The notes under the pieces are model-generated. The model had not been told where the DNA came from. It did no database searches and saw only the letters and a list, made by a program, of their open reading frames with translations. DNA of 64,000 bases, taken from positions 1 through 64,000 of the forward strand of contig JBGQEL010000014.1 of assembly GCA_041496385.1 (NCBI GenBank). The letters are read 5' to 3'. Shown one piece after another: positions 56,329 to 64,000 of this stretch (position 1 is the first letter of the stretch; every line of letters begins with the position of its first letter). Source of the stretch: Candidatus Methylomirabilia bacterium. Its GTDB lineage: Bacteria; Methylomirabilota; Methylomirabilia; Rokubacteriales; CSP1-6. The position numbers and the translations under genes were made by a program.

Positions 56329-56814
56329 CTAGGCCAGGTCTTGCTCGGCGAGCAAGACCACCGCGGCGAGGGCGCAACCGGTCCGGTCGACGGTGTGCTC
56401 GACGGCGAAGATCCGGAGCTCCCGGATGGGCTCGCCGCGGACGGCGAACGCCTCCTCGAGCATCGCGCGGATCGCCCGCTCGGCCTCGGAGCGGTCGGCG
56501 ACGTCGTGGAACTCCATGATGACGCCAGGCTTGGCCGGGTCGTCGGGCAGCGCGTAGCCGACGGCGGCGGCCACCGTCTGGCCCGGCACGTCGCTCGTCA
56601 TCGCCGCGTACGCCGTCGGGACGAGCGCGCCCGGCTTGATTTTCGGAAGCTCGACGATCGCGACCTCGGGCGGGACGATGCTCGAGACCTTCAGGAGGTT
56701 CACGTTGCCGATGCCGGCCGCGAGCAGGGCGTTGTCGAACGCGTTGAGAGGCGTGCCGCCTTCCGCGTGACCGACCGTCGCCGCCGCCAGCGTGACCGTC
56801 TTCGCCATGAACAT
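56329..56814 (-). CDS. pdaD: Pyruvoyl-dependent arginine decarboxylase
   Basis: LNAFDNALLAAGIGNVNLLKVS|SIVPP cleavage motif. Confidence 0.9.
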   Translation of the reverse strand: MFMAKTVTLAAATVGHAEGGTPLNAFDNALLAAGIGNVNLLKVSSIVPPEVAIVELPKIKPGALVPTAYAAMTSDVPGQTVAAAVGYALPDDPAKPGVIMEFHDVADRSEAERAIRAMLEEAFAVRGEPIRELRIFAVEHTVDRTGCALAAVVLLAEQDLA

Positions 56815-56822
56815 CGCTCGTC

Positions 56823-56850
56823 ACTCTACCGACCGCACCCGCAGATGCAA
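56823..56850 (-). promoter_or_regulatory. pdaD promoter
   Basis: TTGCAT-N16-TAGAGT, 8 nt before ATG 56814. Confidence 0.55.
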
Positions 56851-56856
56851 GCGGAA

Positions 56857-56940
56857 AGTGGCCGTCGGGCGACAGGGCCGGGCCTCGGCGCGAGTGTCGT
56901 TCCGAGCAGACGAGGCCGGCCCTGTCGCCCGACGGCCGCT
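56857..56940. repeat. 30-bp inverted repeat between the divergent polyamine promoters
   Basis: 56857-56887 vs 56911-56940: one bulge, one G-T pair, 23-nt loop. Confidence 0.9.
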
Positions 56941-56957
56941 GAAACTGCGTTTTTTTC

Positions 56958-56986
56958 TTGCAATCGAAAATCGTGGGCCATAGAGT
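56958..56986 (+). promoter_or_regulatory. speD-speE promoter with upstream T-tract
   Basis: TTGCAA-N17-TAGAGT preceded by a T-tract. Confidence 0.65.
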
Positions 56987-57102
56987 GAAACAAGTTTTTC
57001 TCGAGAAACGAAATTTTTTCGGCCGTGTATACAGCGACGCGATCAACGCGGCGCAGGAGAGGTGCGGTAGATGACTGGATCCGAGAGAGGAGGGCCCGAG
57101 GA

Positions 57103-57498
57103 TTGAACGCCCTGGGACGACACATGCTCATCGAGTTGTTCGATTGCGACACCGACGCGATCAACAACCTCGAGACTGTGAAGGGAACCCTGGTCGAGGC
57201 CGCGAAACGAGCCCAAGCCACGATCGTCGACGTCGTCTTCCACGAGTTCAACCCCTTCGGCATCAGCGGCGTGGTCGTCATCGCCGAATCCCATCTCTCG
57301 ATCCACACCTGGCCGGAGTACCGTTACGCGGCCGTGGACATCTTCTCCTGCGGTGAGGTTCTCCAGCCCGAGGTCGCCGCCAACTACCTGGTCGAGCAGT
57401 TCGCCGCCGAGCGCACCTCGGTCGTCGAGATGCAACGCGGCATGTTCCTCAACTCCGCCGTGCCCATCGTGAACAAGGCCATCCCCGCCGGCAGGTGA
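57103..57498 (+). CDS. speD: S-adenosylmethionine decarboxylase proenzyme
   Basis: LGRHMLIE, F.P.GISGVVVIAE|SHLSIHTWPE, DIFSCG; TTG start after GAGGAGG. Confidence 0.93.
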   Translation: MNALGRHMLIELFDCDTDAINNLETVKGTLVEAAKRAQATIVDVVFHEFNPFGISGVVVIAESHLSIHTWPEYRYAAVDIFSCGEVLQPEVAANYLVEQFAAERTSVVEMQRGMFLNSAVPIVNKAIPAGR

Positions 57499-58415
57499 TC
57501 AACCCGCAGGGCTACAAGTGGTTCTTCGAGACCACGACTCCCGCCGAAGGGCACATGCATGCCATCAAGCGGACGCTCGTGGAGGGGCAGACGAAGTTTC
57601 AGCACGTCGAGATCATGGAGACGACCTCCTACGGGAAGGTCCTCATCCTCGACGGGAGAATCCAGTCCAGCCAGGCTGACGAGTTCATCTACCACGAAGC
57701 CCTGGTGCACCCGGGCATGCTGGCGAGCGAGGGCCCGCCGCGGAGCGCCCTGGTCATCGGCGGCGGCGAAGGCGCCACCCTCCGGGAGATTCTGAAATAC
57801 CCCTCCATCGCCCGGGCCGTCATGGTGGACATCGACGGCGAGGTCGTCGAGCTCTGCAAGAAGCACCTGCCGGAGATGCACCGGGGAGCCTTCGAGGACC
57901 GGCGCACGGAGGTCCGGGTCGAGGACGCCCGCGCCTACCTCGAGAAGACCACCGACCGCTTCGACATGATCACCGTCGACCTCGTGGAGCCCCTCGAGGA
58001 GGGGCCGGCCTGCATGCTCTTCACCAAGGAGTTCTACAGCCTCGTGCGGGACCGGCTGACGCCCGGCGGGGCGATGACGATGCAGGCCGGCATGACCAAG
58101 CTCGGCGAGCTCGCCTTCTTCACTGCCATCCACCGGACGCTTCGTGAGGTCTTCCCCGTGGTCGCCGGCTACCAGACCTTCATCTCCTGCTTCGGCACGC
58201 CGTGGGGGTTCATCACGGCCACGAAGAAGGTGGATCCGACCCGGCAGGACCTCCAGGCGGTGGACAAGCTCGTCGCCGAGCGCGTCAAGGGACCGCTCGA
58301 CTACTGGGATGGCGAGACGCACGCGCACGCGTTCAGCCTGCCCAGGTTCATCCGCAAGGCCATCGCCGCCCAGACCCGGGTCGTCACGGACGCGCATCCC
58401 CTGATCATGGCCTGA
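57495..58415 (+). CDS. speE: Polyamine aminopropyltransferase (spermidine synthase family)
   Basis: YGKVLILDG, DEFIYHEALVH, IGGGEGATLRE, VDIDGEVV. Confidence 0.93.
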   Translation: MINPQGYKWFFETTTPAEGHMHAIKRTLVEGQTKFQHVEIMETTSYGKVLILDGRIQSSQADEFIYHEALVHPGMLASEGPPRSALVIGGGEGATLREILKYPSIARAVMVDIDGEVVELCKKHLPEMHRGAFEDRRTEVRVEDARAYLEKTTDRFDMITVDLVEPLEEGPACMLFTKEFYSLVRDRLTPGGAMTMQAGMTKLGELAFFTAIHRTLREVFPVVAGYQTFISCFGTPWGFITATKKVDPTRQDLQAVDKLVAERVKGPLDYWDGETHAHAFSLPRFIRKAIAAQTRVVTDAHPLIMA

Positions 58416-58426
58416 GGGCCGGCCCG

Positions 58427-58693
58427 GTGGGAGCCCAGCGCGGCGTCGGGCTCATCCTGCTCATTGTCGTCGCGGGTCTCGTCGTGGGCTCGCTGCTGGG
58501 CGAGCTTCTGGGCAGCCTCCTGCCCGCGGGCCGCGCCCAGGACCTGATCGCCCGGGGCCCGACGATCGGTCTCACGCCCCCCGCGACGCTCGACCTCCGG
58601 TTCCTCGCCATGACCCTCGGCCTGAGCCTCAAGGTCAACCTCGTCGGGGTGGTCGGGATCGTGATCGCCGCCCTCACCCTCCGCCGGCTCTGA
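58427..58693 (+). CDS. DUF4321-like small membrane protein
   Basis: GLVVGSLLGE, TLDLRFL.MTLGL.LKVN; typical position before maf. Confidence 0.75.
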   Translation: MGAQRGVGLILLIVVAGLVVGSLLGELLGSLLPAGRAQDLIARGPTIGLTPPATLDLRFLAMTLGLSLKVNLVGVVGIVIAALTLRRL

Positions 58694-59274
58694 GGCTCAT
58701 CCTCGCGTCGCAATCGCCGCGACGCCGCGAGCTGCTGGCCACCATCGTGGGGGAGTTCGAGGTGGCGCCGAGCGGGATCGAGGAGACGCTCGACGGCCCG
58801 CCCACGCCGGCGTCGGTCGCCGCGCTCGCGCTGCGGAAGGCGCGCGCCGTCGCCGCCCGCGTCGGCGACGGCGTCGTGCTCGGCGCCGACACGGTCGTCG
58901 TCCTGGACGGCGAGGCGTTCGGCAAACCCGCCGGCCCCGAGGAGGCCCGCGCGATGCTCCGGCGCCTGCGCGGGCGCGAGCACGAGGTGATCACCGGCGT
59001 GGCGGTCGTGGATGCCCGCGGCGGCCGTGAGGCCACGCGCGCGGTCGTGAGTCGTGTCCTGATGGCCGAGTACTCCGACGCCATGCTGGAGACCTACGCC
59101 GCCTCTGGAGCGCCGCTGGACAAGGCCGGCGGCTACGCGATCCAGGATCTCGCCGGGGCCCTCGTCGCGCGCCTCACGGGCTCCTACACGAACGTCGTCG
59201 GGCTTCCCGTCGACGAGACGCGCGAGCTGCTGGCCGGGTTCGGCGTGCCCCTCAGCGCGGCTCCCGCGCCTTGA
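58690..59274 (+). CDS. maf: Maf-family nucleotide pyrophosphatase
   Basis: LILASQSPRRRELL (upstream of the tracked GTG), GADTVV, GKP, DKAGGYAIQ, NVVGLP. Confidence 0.92.
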   Translation: MRLILASQSPRRRELLATIVGEFEVAPSGIEETLDGPPTPASVAALALRKARAVAARVGDGVVLGADTVVVLDGEAFGKPAGPEEARAMLRRLRGREHEVITGVAVVDARGGREATRAVVSRVLMAEYSDAMLETYAASGAPLDKAGGYAIQDLAGALVARLTGSYTNVVGLPVDETRELLAGFGVPLSAAPAP

Positions 59275-60223
59275 GGGCCTTCTGGAGGGGCTCGGTGTGA
59301 ACGATCTCGTCGGGGCGCGGGATGCGGAGCGTGGCTGGGAGCGGGATGTGGGCCCGGATGATCTCCAGCGTGTGCTGGACCTCCTCGGCGCTCACCAGAC
59401 CGTCGGCGAGCTGACACTCGCGGGCCGTCCCGAGCCGCGCCTCGAAGTCGTCCAGGGTTCCCGTCACCCGCGCGTCGAGCTTGGCGGCCAGCTCCCCGGC
59501 GGTGGCCTGTCGGATCCGCTCCCCGGCGGCCAGGAGCGCCTTCGCCAGCGCGACGAGGTCGGATTCCTTCGGGGCCCGGTCGCTGCGCGCGAAGAGGGCG
59601 GCGCTGACGGTCCGGTTGCCGAGCGCGCCGGCGACCGCGGCGGGTGTGCGGAAGTCGGCGAGGAGCTTCGCCCGCCCGTCGACGACGAGCCGGCCGGCGA
59701 GCGGGTCAGCGACGAGCGCCGCGTGGACCTCGCCCGAGTCGAGCGCCGTCACCAGGCCGCGCGCGCCCAGGCTCAGGACGTGGACCTGGGCCAGACTGAC
59801 GCCGTGGCGGGCCAGGAGCCAGCCGAACCATGCGTGCTCGGGGGCGCCCGGCGTTGCGACGCCGACGCGCATGCCGGCCAGGTCCTCCACCGAGCGCACG
59901 GCCTCAGCGTGGGGCTGGGCGACGAGCAGCGCGACGGGCGGCGCGGCGGTCAGCCCGAAGACGAGCCGCGGTTTCTGGTTCGGCTGGCGCGGCCCAAAGC
60001 GCAGGAGCGCCTCGAGGGTCGTCGCGGCCAGGTCCGCCTGACCCTGCGCGAGCGCCTCGGCGGCGCCGGACTCGGCGCGCGTGGTCTTGAGCGTGACGGC
60101 GAGGCCCTGGCGCGTGAAGTAGCCCTCGGCCTCGGCGACGCGGATCGCGAGGTACTCGGGTGACGTCGGCGGGCCGCTCACGGCGAGCGTCAGGCTCTGG
60201 AGGAGGACGATGAGCGCGAGCAT
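59252..60223 (-). CDS. NMT1/SsuA-like ABC substrate-binding protein
   Basis: VAEAEGYF..QGL.V, EDLAGMRVGVATPG, ALDSGEVHA. Confidence 0.75.
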   Translation of the reverse strand: MLALIVLLQSLTLAVSGPPTSPEYLAIRVAEAEGYFTRQGLAVTLKTTRAESGAAEALAQGQADLAATTLEALLRFGPRQPNQKPRLVFGLTAAPPVALLVAQPHAEAVRSVEDLAGMRVGVATPGAPEHAWFGWLLARHGVSLAQVHVLSLGARGLVTALDSGEVHAALVADPLAGRLVVDGRAKLLADFRTPAAVAGALGNRTVSAALFARSDRAPKESDLVALAKALLAAGERIRQATAGELAAKLDARVTGTLDDFEARLGTARECQLADGLVSAEEVQHTLEIIRAHIPLPATLRIPRPDEIVHTEPLQKALKAREPR

Positions 60224-60944
60224 CGGCTCAGCCCGGGCGCCGCTCGCCCGCTGGCGCCGGATCCCGGGGCCCCCGCGCGACCGCGTCAAGGCGCGGCTGC
60301 TGCGCCTCTACGGCGCGCTGGCGCGCCGGTTCGGGCCGCAACACTGGTGGCCCGGCCGGACGCCCTACGAGATCGCGGCCGGCGCCGTGCTGACCCAGCA
60401 CACGGCCTGGGCCAACGCGGCCCGCGCCGTCGCCGCGCTGCGCGCGCGGGGCCTGCTCACCGCGCCCCGGCTCGCCCGGCTCTCCGCCGCCGCGCTCGCG
60501 CGCGTGATCCGCCCCGCGGGGACGCCGCGGGTCAAGGCGCGACGGCTCCTCGCGCTGACACGCTGGCTCCTCCAGGCGGGGGGCGGCGGGTTCACCGCGC
60601 TGCGGACGCGCCCGCTCGGCCCGCTGCGCCGACGGCTCCTCGCCGTGCGCGGCCTCGGACCCGAGACCGCGGACGCGATCCTTCTCTACGCCGCGAACCG
60701 ACCGGTCTTCGTCGCCGACGCCTACGCCCGCCGCGTGCTGGCGCGCCATCGGCTCCTGGCGCCGCGCGCCGGCTACGAGGCCGCGCGCGCCTTCGTCGAG
60801 GCGCACCTGCCGTCCGATCCGGCGCTGTTCAACGAGTATCACGCGCTCCTCGTGGCCGTCGGGAAGTCGCACTGTCGCACTGTCCCGCGCTGCGCGACCT
60901 GCCCGCTCCGCTTCGATCTGCGCGGCCGCGCCCCCGCGCGCTGA
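60210..60944 (+). CDS. HhH-GPD/endonuclease III-related DNA glycosylase; start uncertain
   Basis: GPQHWWP, GAVLTQHTAWAN, LLAVRGLGPETADAILLYA, NEYHALLV, Cys cluster. Confidence 0.85.
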   Translation: MSASIGSARAPLARWRRIPGPPRDRVKARLLRLYGALARRFGPQHWWPGRTPYEIAAGAVLTQHTAWANAARAVAALRARGLLTAPRLARLSAAALARVIRPAGTPRVKARRLLALTRWLLQAGGGGFTALRTRPLGPLRRRLLAVRGLGPETADAILLYAANRPVFVADAYARRVLARHRLLAPRAGYEAARAFVEAHLPSDPALFNEYHALLVAVGKSHCRTVPRCATCPLRFDLRGRAPAR

Positions 60945-60990
60945 CGCGCGCCGCCGGGTCCGCTCGCGCGGCGCGCGCCGACTCCACCCA

Positions 60991-62103
60991 TCACGCGCGC
61001 TCGGTGAGGAGCGCGACGAGGCGCTCGGCGGCGTCGGGGATCGCGAGCCGCCGCGCGCGCTCGCCCATCTCCTTGAGCCGTTGGGGGTCGGCGAGCAGCG
61101 TCTTGACCTCGGCGGTGAGCCGCTCGGGTGTCAGCTCGGCCTGCGGGAGCACGACCGCGCCCCCGGCGCGCTCGATCAGCCGCGCGTTCGCCGTCTGCTC
61201 GTCGCCGCGCGTGCCCGGCAGCGGGACGTAGAGGGCGGGAAGGCCGAGCTGGCAGCACTCGTTGACCGTCCCGGCGCCGGCGCGGGAGACGACGAGGGCC
61301 GTCGCCGCGTAGACGTCCGCGAGCTCCGCGCCGACGTACGGCAGGACGGTGTAGCGGCGCCCGAGCGCCGCCCCGAGCTCGGCGCGGCGCGCCTCGAGCC
61401 ACGCGCGGTCTCCCGTCGTCGGGTGATCGCCGCACTGGTGGATCACCTGCGCCTGGTCGACGAGCCGTGCGAGGGCCTGGCCGACGGCCCGGTTGATGCG
61501 CTGGGCGCCCTGCGCGCCTCCCGTGACGTAGACGAGCGGCACGGCGGGGTCCAGGCCGAAGCGGGCGGCCGCGCGCGCGGGCGAGCCGCCGCGCAGCTCG
61601 GGCCGCAGCGGGTTGCCCGTGACGACGACGCTCCCCGCGCCGAAGTGGGCGGTGCTCTCGGGAAATGTGACGGCCACGCGGCGGGCGAAGCGCGCCGCGA
61701 GCCGGTTGGCGAGGCCGGGCACGAGCGTCTGCTCGTGGACGACGATCGGCACGCGCGCGAGCGCCGCGGCGAGCACCACGGGCAGCGCGACGAAGCCGCC
61801 CGTCGCGAAGACGACCCGCGGCCGGAGGCGCCGGAGGAGGGCGAGCGCAGCGGCGATGCCGGCGGGCACGTTGACGGCGAGATCGGTGACGTTCCGCCAG
61901 GCCCAGGCGCGGCGGAGCTTGCCGGTCGGGATCGCGAAGTAGGGCACGCCGGCCTCGGGAACACGCCGGGCCTCGATCCCGCGCCGGGAGCCGATCCAGG
62001 CGCACGCGAGCGAGCGCTCGGCGAGGAGCGCGGCGACGGCGAGCCCCGGGCTCGTGTGGCCGCCCGTGCCGCCGCCCGCGATCACGACGTCAAGCGCCGG
62101 CAC
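60991..62103 (-). CDS. murG: Lipid II GlcNAc transferase MurG
   Basis: AGGGTGGH, TGGFV, HEQ, TGNP.R, TGGAQGA, SRAGA, EQTANA. Confidence 0.93.
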   Translation of the reverse strand: MPALDVVIAGGGTGGHTSPGLAVAALLAERSLACAWIGSRRGIEARRVPEAGVPYFAIPTGKLRRAWAWRNVTDLAVNVPAGIAAALALLRRLRPRVVFATGGFVALPVVLAAALARVPIVVHEQTLVPGLANRLAARFARRVAVTFPESTAHFGAGSVVVTGNPLRPELRGGSPARAAARFGLDPAVPLVYVTGGAQGAQRINRAVGQALARLVDQAQVIHQCGDHPTTGDRAWLEARRAELGAALGRRYTVLPYVGAELADVYAATALVVSRAGAGTVNECCQLGLPALYVPLPGTRGDEQTANARLIERAGGAVVLPQAELTPERLTAEVKTLLADPQRLKEMGERARRLAIPDAAERLVALLTERA

Positions 62104-63214
62104 CCTTTTCTTTGTGGCGTTCGAGGGCGAGCGCGAGCAGGCGCTCGAGCAGGTCCGGGTAGGCGAGCCCCGACGCCTCCCACATGCGCGCGTAGGCGCT
62201 CGTGGAGGTGAAGCCGGGAATCGTGTTGATCTCGTTGACGAGCACGCGGTCGCCCTCGAGGAAGCAATCCACGCGCGCCATCCCCGCGCAGTCGATGGCG
62301 CGGTAGGCGGCGAGCGCCAGCTCGCGGACCCGGCGCGTGAGCTCGGGCCCGATGGGCGCCGGCACCGTGAGCCGCGACTGGCCCTCGGCGTACTTCGTCG
62401 CGTAGTCGTACCACTCACCACCGTAGGTGATCTCGCCCGGCAGCGACGCGACCGGCTCGTCGTTGCCGAGGACGCTCACCTCGACCTCGCGCCCGCGGAC
62501 GGCGCGCTCGACGAGGATCTTCCGATCGTGGCGCGCGGCCTCGTCGAGCGCGGCGGGGAGCGCCGCGGCGTCGCGCGCCTTGCTGATCCCGACCGAGGAG
62601 CCCAGGTTCGAGGGCTTGACGAAGCAGGGGAAGCCGATCGCCTCGGCGATCCGTCGCGTCACGCGCGCTGGGTCCTGGCGCCACTCGCGCCGGGTCACGA
62701 CGAGGTGCTCGACGACGGGCAGACCGTGGGCCTGGAAGACCGTCTTCATCGTGGCCTTGTCCATCCCGATCGCCGAGGCGAGCACGCCGGCGCCGACGTA
62801 GGGCAGGTCGGCCAGCTCGAACAGGCCCTGGATCGTGCCGTCTTCGCCGCACGGGCCGTGGAGCATGATGACGACGACGTCGAGGTGACGGAGCTCGGCC
62901 GGCAGGCCGCCGGCGGGCTCGGTGCGGGCGAGGCTCTGCGTGGCGGCGCTGTCGACGGCCTCCGCCCGATCGGCGAGCGCTTTCTTGACGGAGCCGGAGG
63001 CGTCGTCCGCCGGCAGCGCCATCCGCGCCTCGGCGGCCAGCGCGCGGAGCGGCTCGCCGCCGACGACCCAGCGGCCGTCGCGCGCGATGCCGATCGGGAC
63101 GACCGCGTGGCCACGCTGCTCGAGCGCTGCGATGACCGACGCCGCGGAGGCGAGGGAGACTTCGTGCTCGCCCGAACGTCCCCCGAAGACGACGCCGACG
63201 CGCAACCGCGGCAT
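62090..63214 (-). CDS. ddl: D-alanine--D-alanine ligase
   Basis: [41 protein letters not shown]. Confidence 0.95.
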   Translation of the reverse strand: MPRLRVGVVFGGRSGEHEVSLASAASVIAALEQRGHAVVPIGIARDGRWVVGGEPLRALAAEARMALPADDASGSVKKALADRAEAVDSAATQSLARTEPAGGLPAELRHLDVVVIMLHGPCGEDGTIQGLFELADLPYVGAGVLASAIGMDKATMKTVFQAHGLPVVEHLVVTRREWRQDPARVTRRIAEAIGFPCFVKPSNLGSSVGISKARDAAALPAALDEAARHDRKILVERAVRGREVEVSVLGNDEPVASLPGEITYGGEWYDYATKYAEGQSRLTVPAPIGPELTRRVRELALAAYRAIDCAGMARVDCFLEGDRVLVNEINTIPGFTSTSAYARMWEASGLAYPDLLERLLALALERHKEKGAGA

Positions 63215-63274
63215 GGGAGTCATTCTAGCAGGAAGGCCCGCGGCGACCGCCTTCGACGGCGCCCGGGGTGGGCG

Positions 63275-63709
63275 CTACTGGGTGGCCGCGATCATCGCGC
63301 GCGCGATCAGGCTGAGGAAGCCCTGGACCTGCGGCATCCATACCGCGCGCGTGAAATAGGCCGCGACGGTCAGCACGATGTAGACGAAGCCGGTGAACAT
63401 CCAGTCGGGCATGCCGGGCGTGCGCACGATCGACTCGAGCATGCCCGCGAGCACCGCGCCGACGAACGCGACGACCCCGGCGATCGCGACGAGCGCCAGC
63501 GGCGTGAGCATGAGGACCATGAAGACGATGAAGATCGCGTCGGCGCGGTCCACCTTGTGGGCGAAGACCCGGGCGCCGCTCGGCTTCGCCGCGAGGGTCT
63601 CGAGCGCGTCCTCGACGCGGCTCCACGAGAGCAGGCCGAAGTAGATGACGAGGAAGAGCACGCCGAACCCGAGCAGGATCCAGTGCGAGCGCTTGAGACC
63701 GAGCCACAT
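63275..63709 (-). CDS. Hypothetical membrane protein
   Basis: Three to four hydrophobic helices, host-like codon usage. Confidence 0.65.
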   Translation of the reverse strand: MWLGLKRSHWILLGFGVLFLVIYFGLLSWSRVEDALETLAAKPSGARVFAHKVDRADAIFIVFMVLMLTPLALVAIAGVVAFVGAVLAGMLESIVRTPGMPDWMFTGFVYIVLTVAAYFTRAVWMPQVQGFLSLIARAMIAATQ

Positions 63710-63711
63710 GG

Positions 63712-64000
63712 CTAGGCCTGCCCCTGGCGGCGCCCGGCCCGCCACCGCCGCCAGTCGGCGAGCCGGCGCGCCAGCTCGGTCTCGAGGCCGCGGTCGCTCG
63801 GGTGGTAGTACTGCCGGCCGCGGAGCGCCTCGGGCAGGTCGTCCTGATCCACGCGCGCGTCGGGCGCGTCGTGCGCGTACTGATAGCCCTTGCCGTAGCC
63901 GAGGTCCTTCATGAGCCTGGTCGGAGCGTTACGGATGTGGAGGGGCACCGGCTCCGCCGGGCGCTCGCGCACGTCGGCCCGGGCTGCGTCGAGCGCCGTG
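63712..64000 (-). CDS. rarA: Replication-associated recombination protein A, C-terminal part
   Basis: VPLHIRNAPTRLMKDLGYGKGYQYAHD, YYHPSDRGLE. Confidence 0.9.
   Translation of the reverse strand, partial: TALDAARADVRERPAEPVPLHIRNAPTRLMKDLGYGKGYQYAHDAPDARVDQDDLPEALRGRQYYHPSDRGLETELARRLADWRRWRAGRRQGQA

Noticed and set aside
1..64000. tRNA, rRNA, CRISPR, prophage or known anti-phage defence genes
   Set aside because: No cloverleaf, repeat-spacer array, phage hallmark or recognisable defence domain found by inspection

Overview
High-GC bacterial chromosomal window from a diderm (LolA present); gene style tentatively suggests Candidatus Rokubacteria/Methylomirabilota, which is inference only. 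Layout: (1) 5'-truncated FN3/LamG-repeat surface protein with a C-terminal beta-propeller; (2) rnj-ftsK; (3) about 29 kb of accessory DNA between ftsK and lolA, containing an ECF sigma/anti-sigma/DUF4139 module with two matching GGAAC-N17-GTCTAAC promoters, a 14-kb co-oriented array of small cassette-type genes and gene fragments (with an IS481 remnant but no visible attC or integrase), and several transporter/catabolic genes; (4) core cluster lolA-yajQ-rimO-pgpA-cinA-TPR-thpR-recA(intein)-pilT-recX-alaS; (5) a two-component pair whose response regulator carries an apparent Avd/four-helix-bundle output domain; (6) a divergent polyamine locus (pdaD-speB-MTase-GNAT-rlmI / speD-speE) separated by a long inverted repeat between mirror-image promoters; (7) maf, SBP, HhH-GPD glycosylase, murG, ddl and the end of rarA. 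No rRNA, tRNA or CRISPR array was seen. All family calls come from motif recognition by eye, not database searches.
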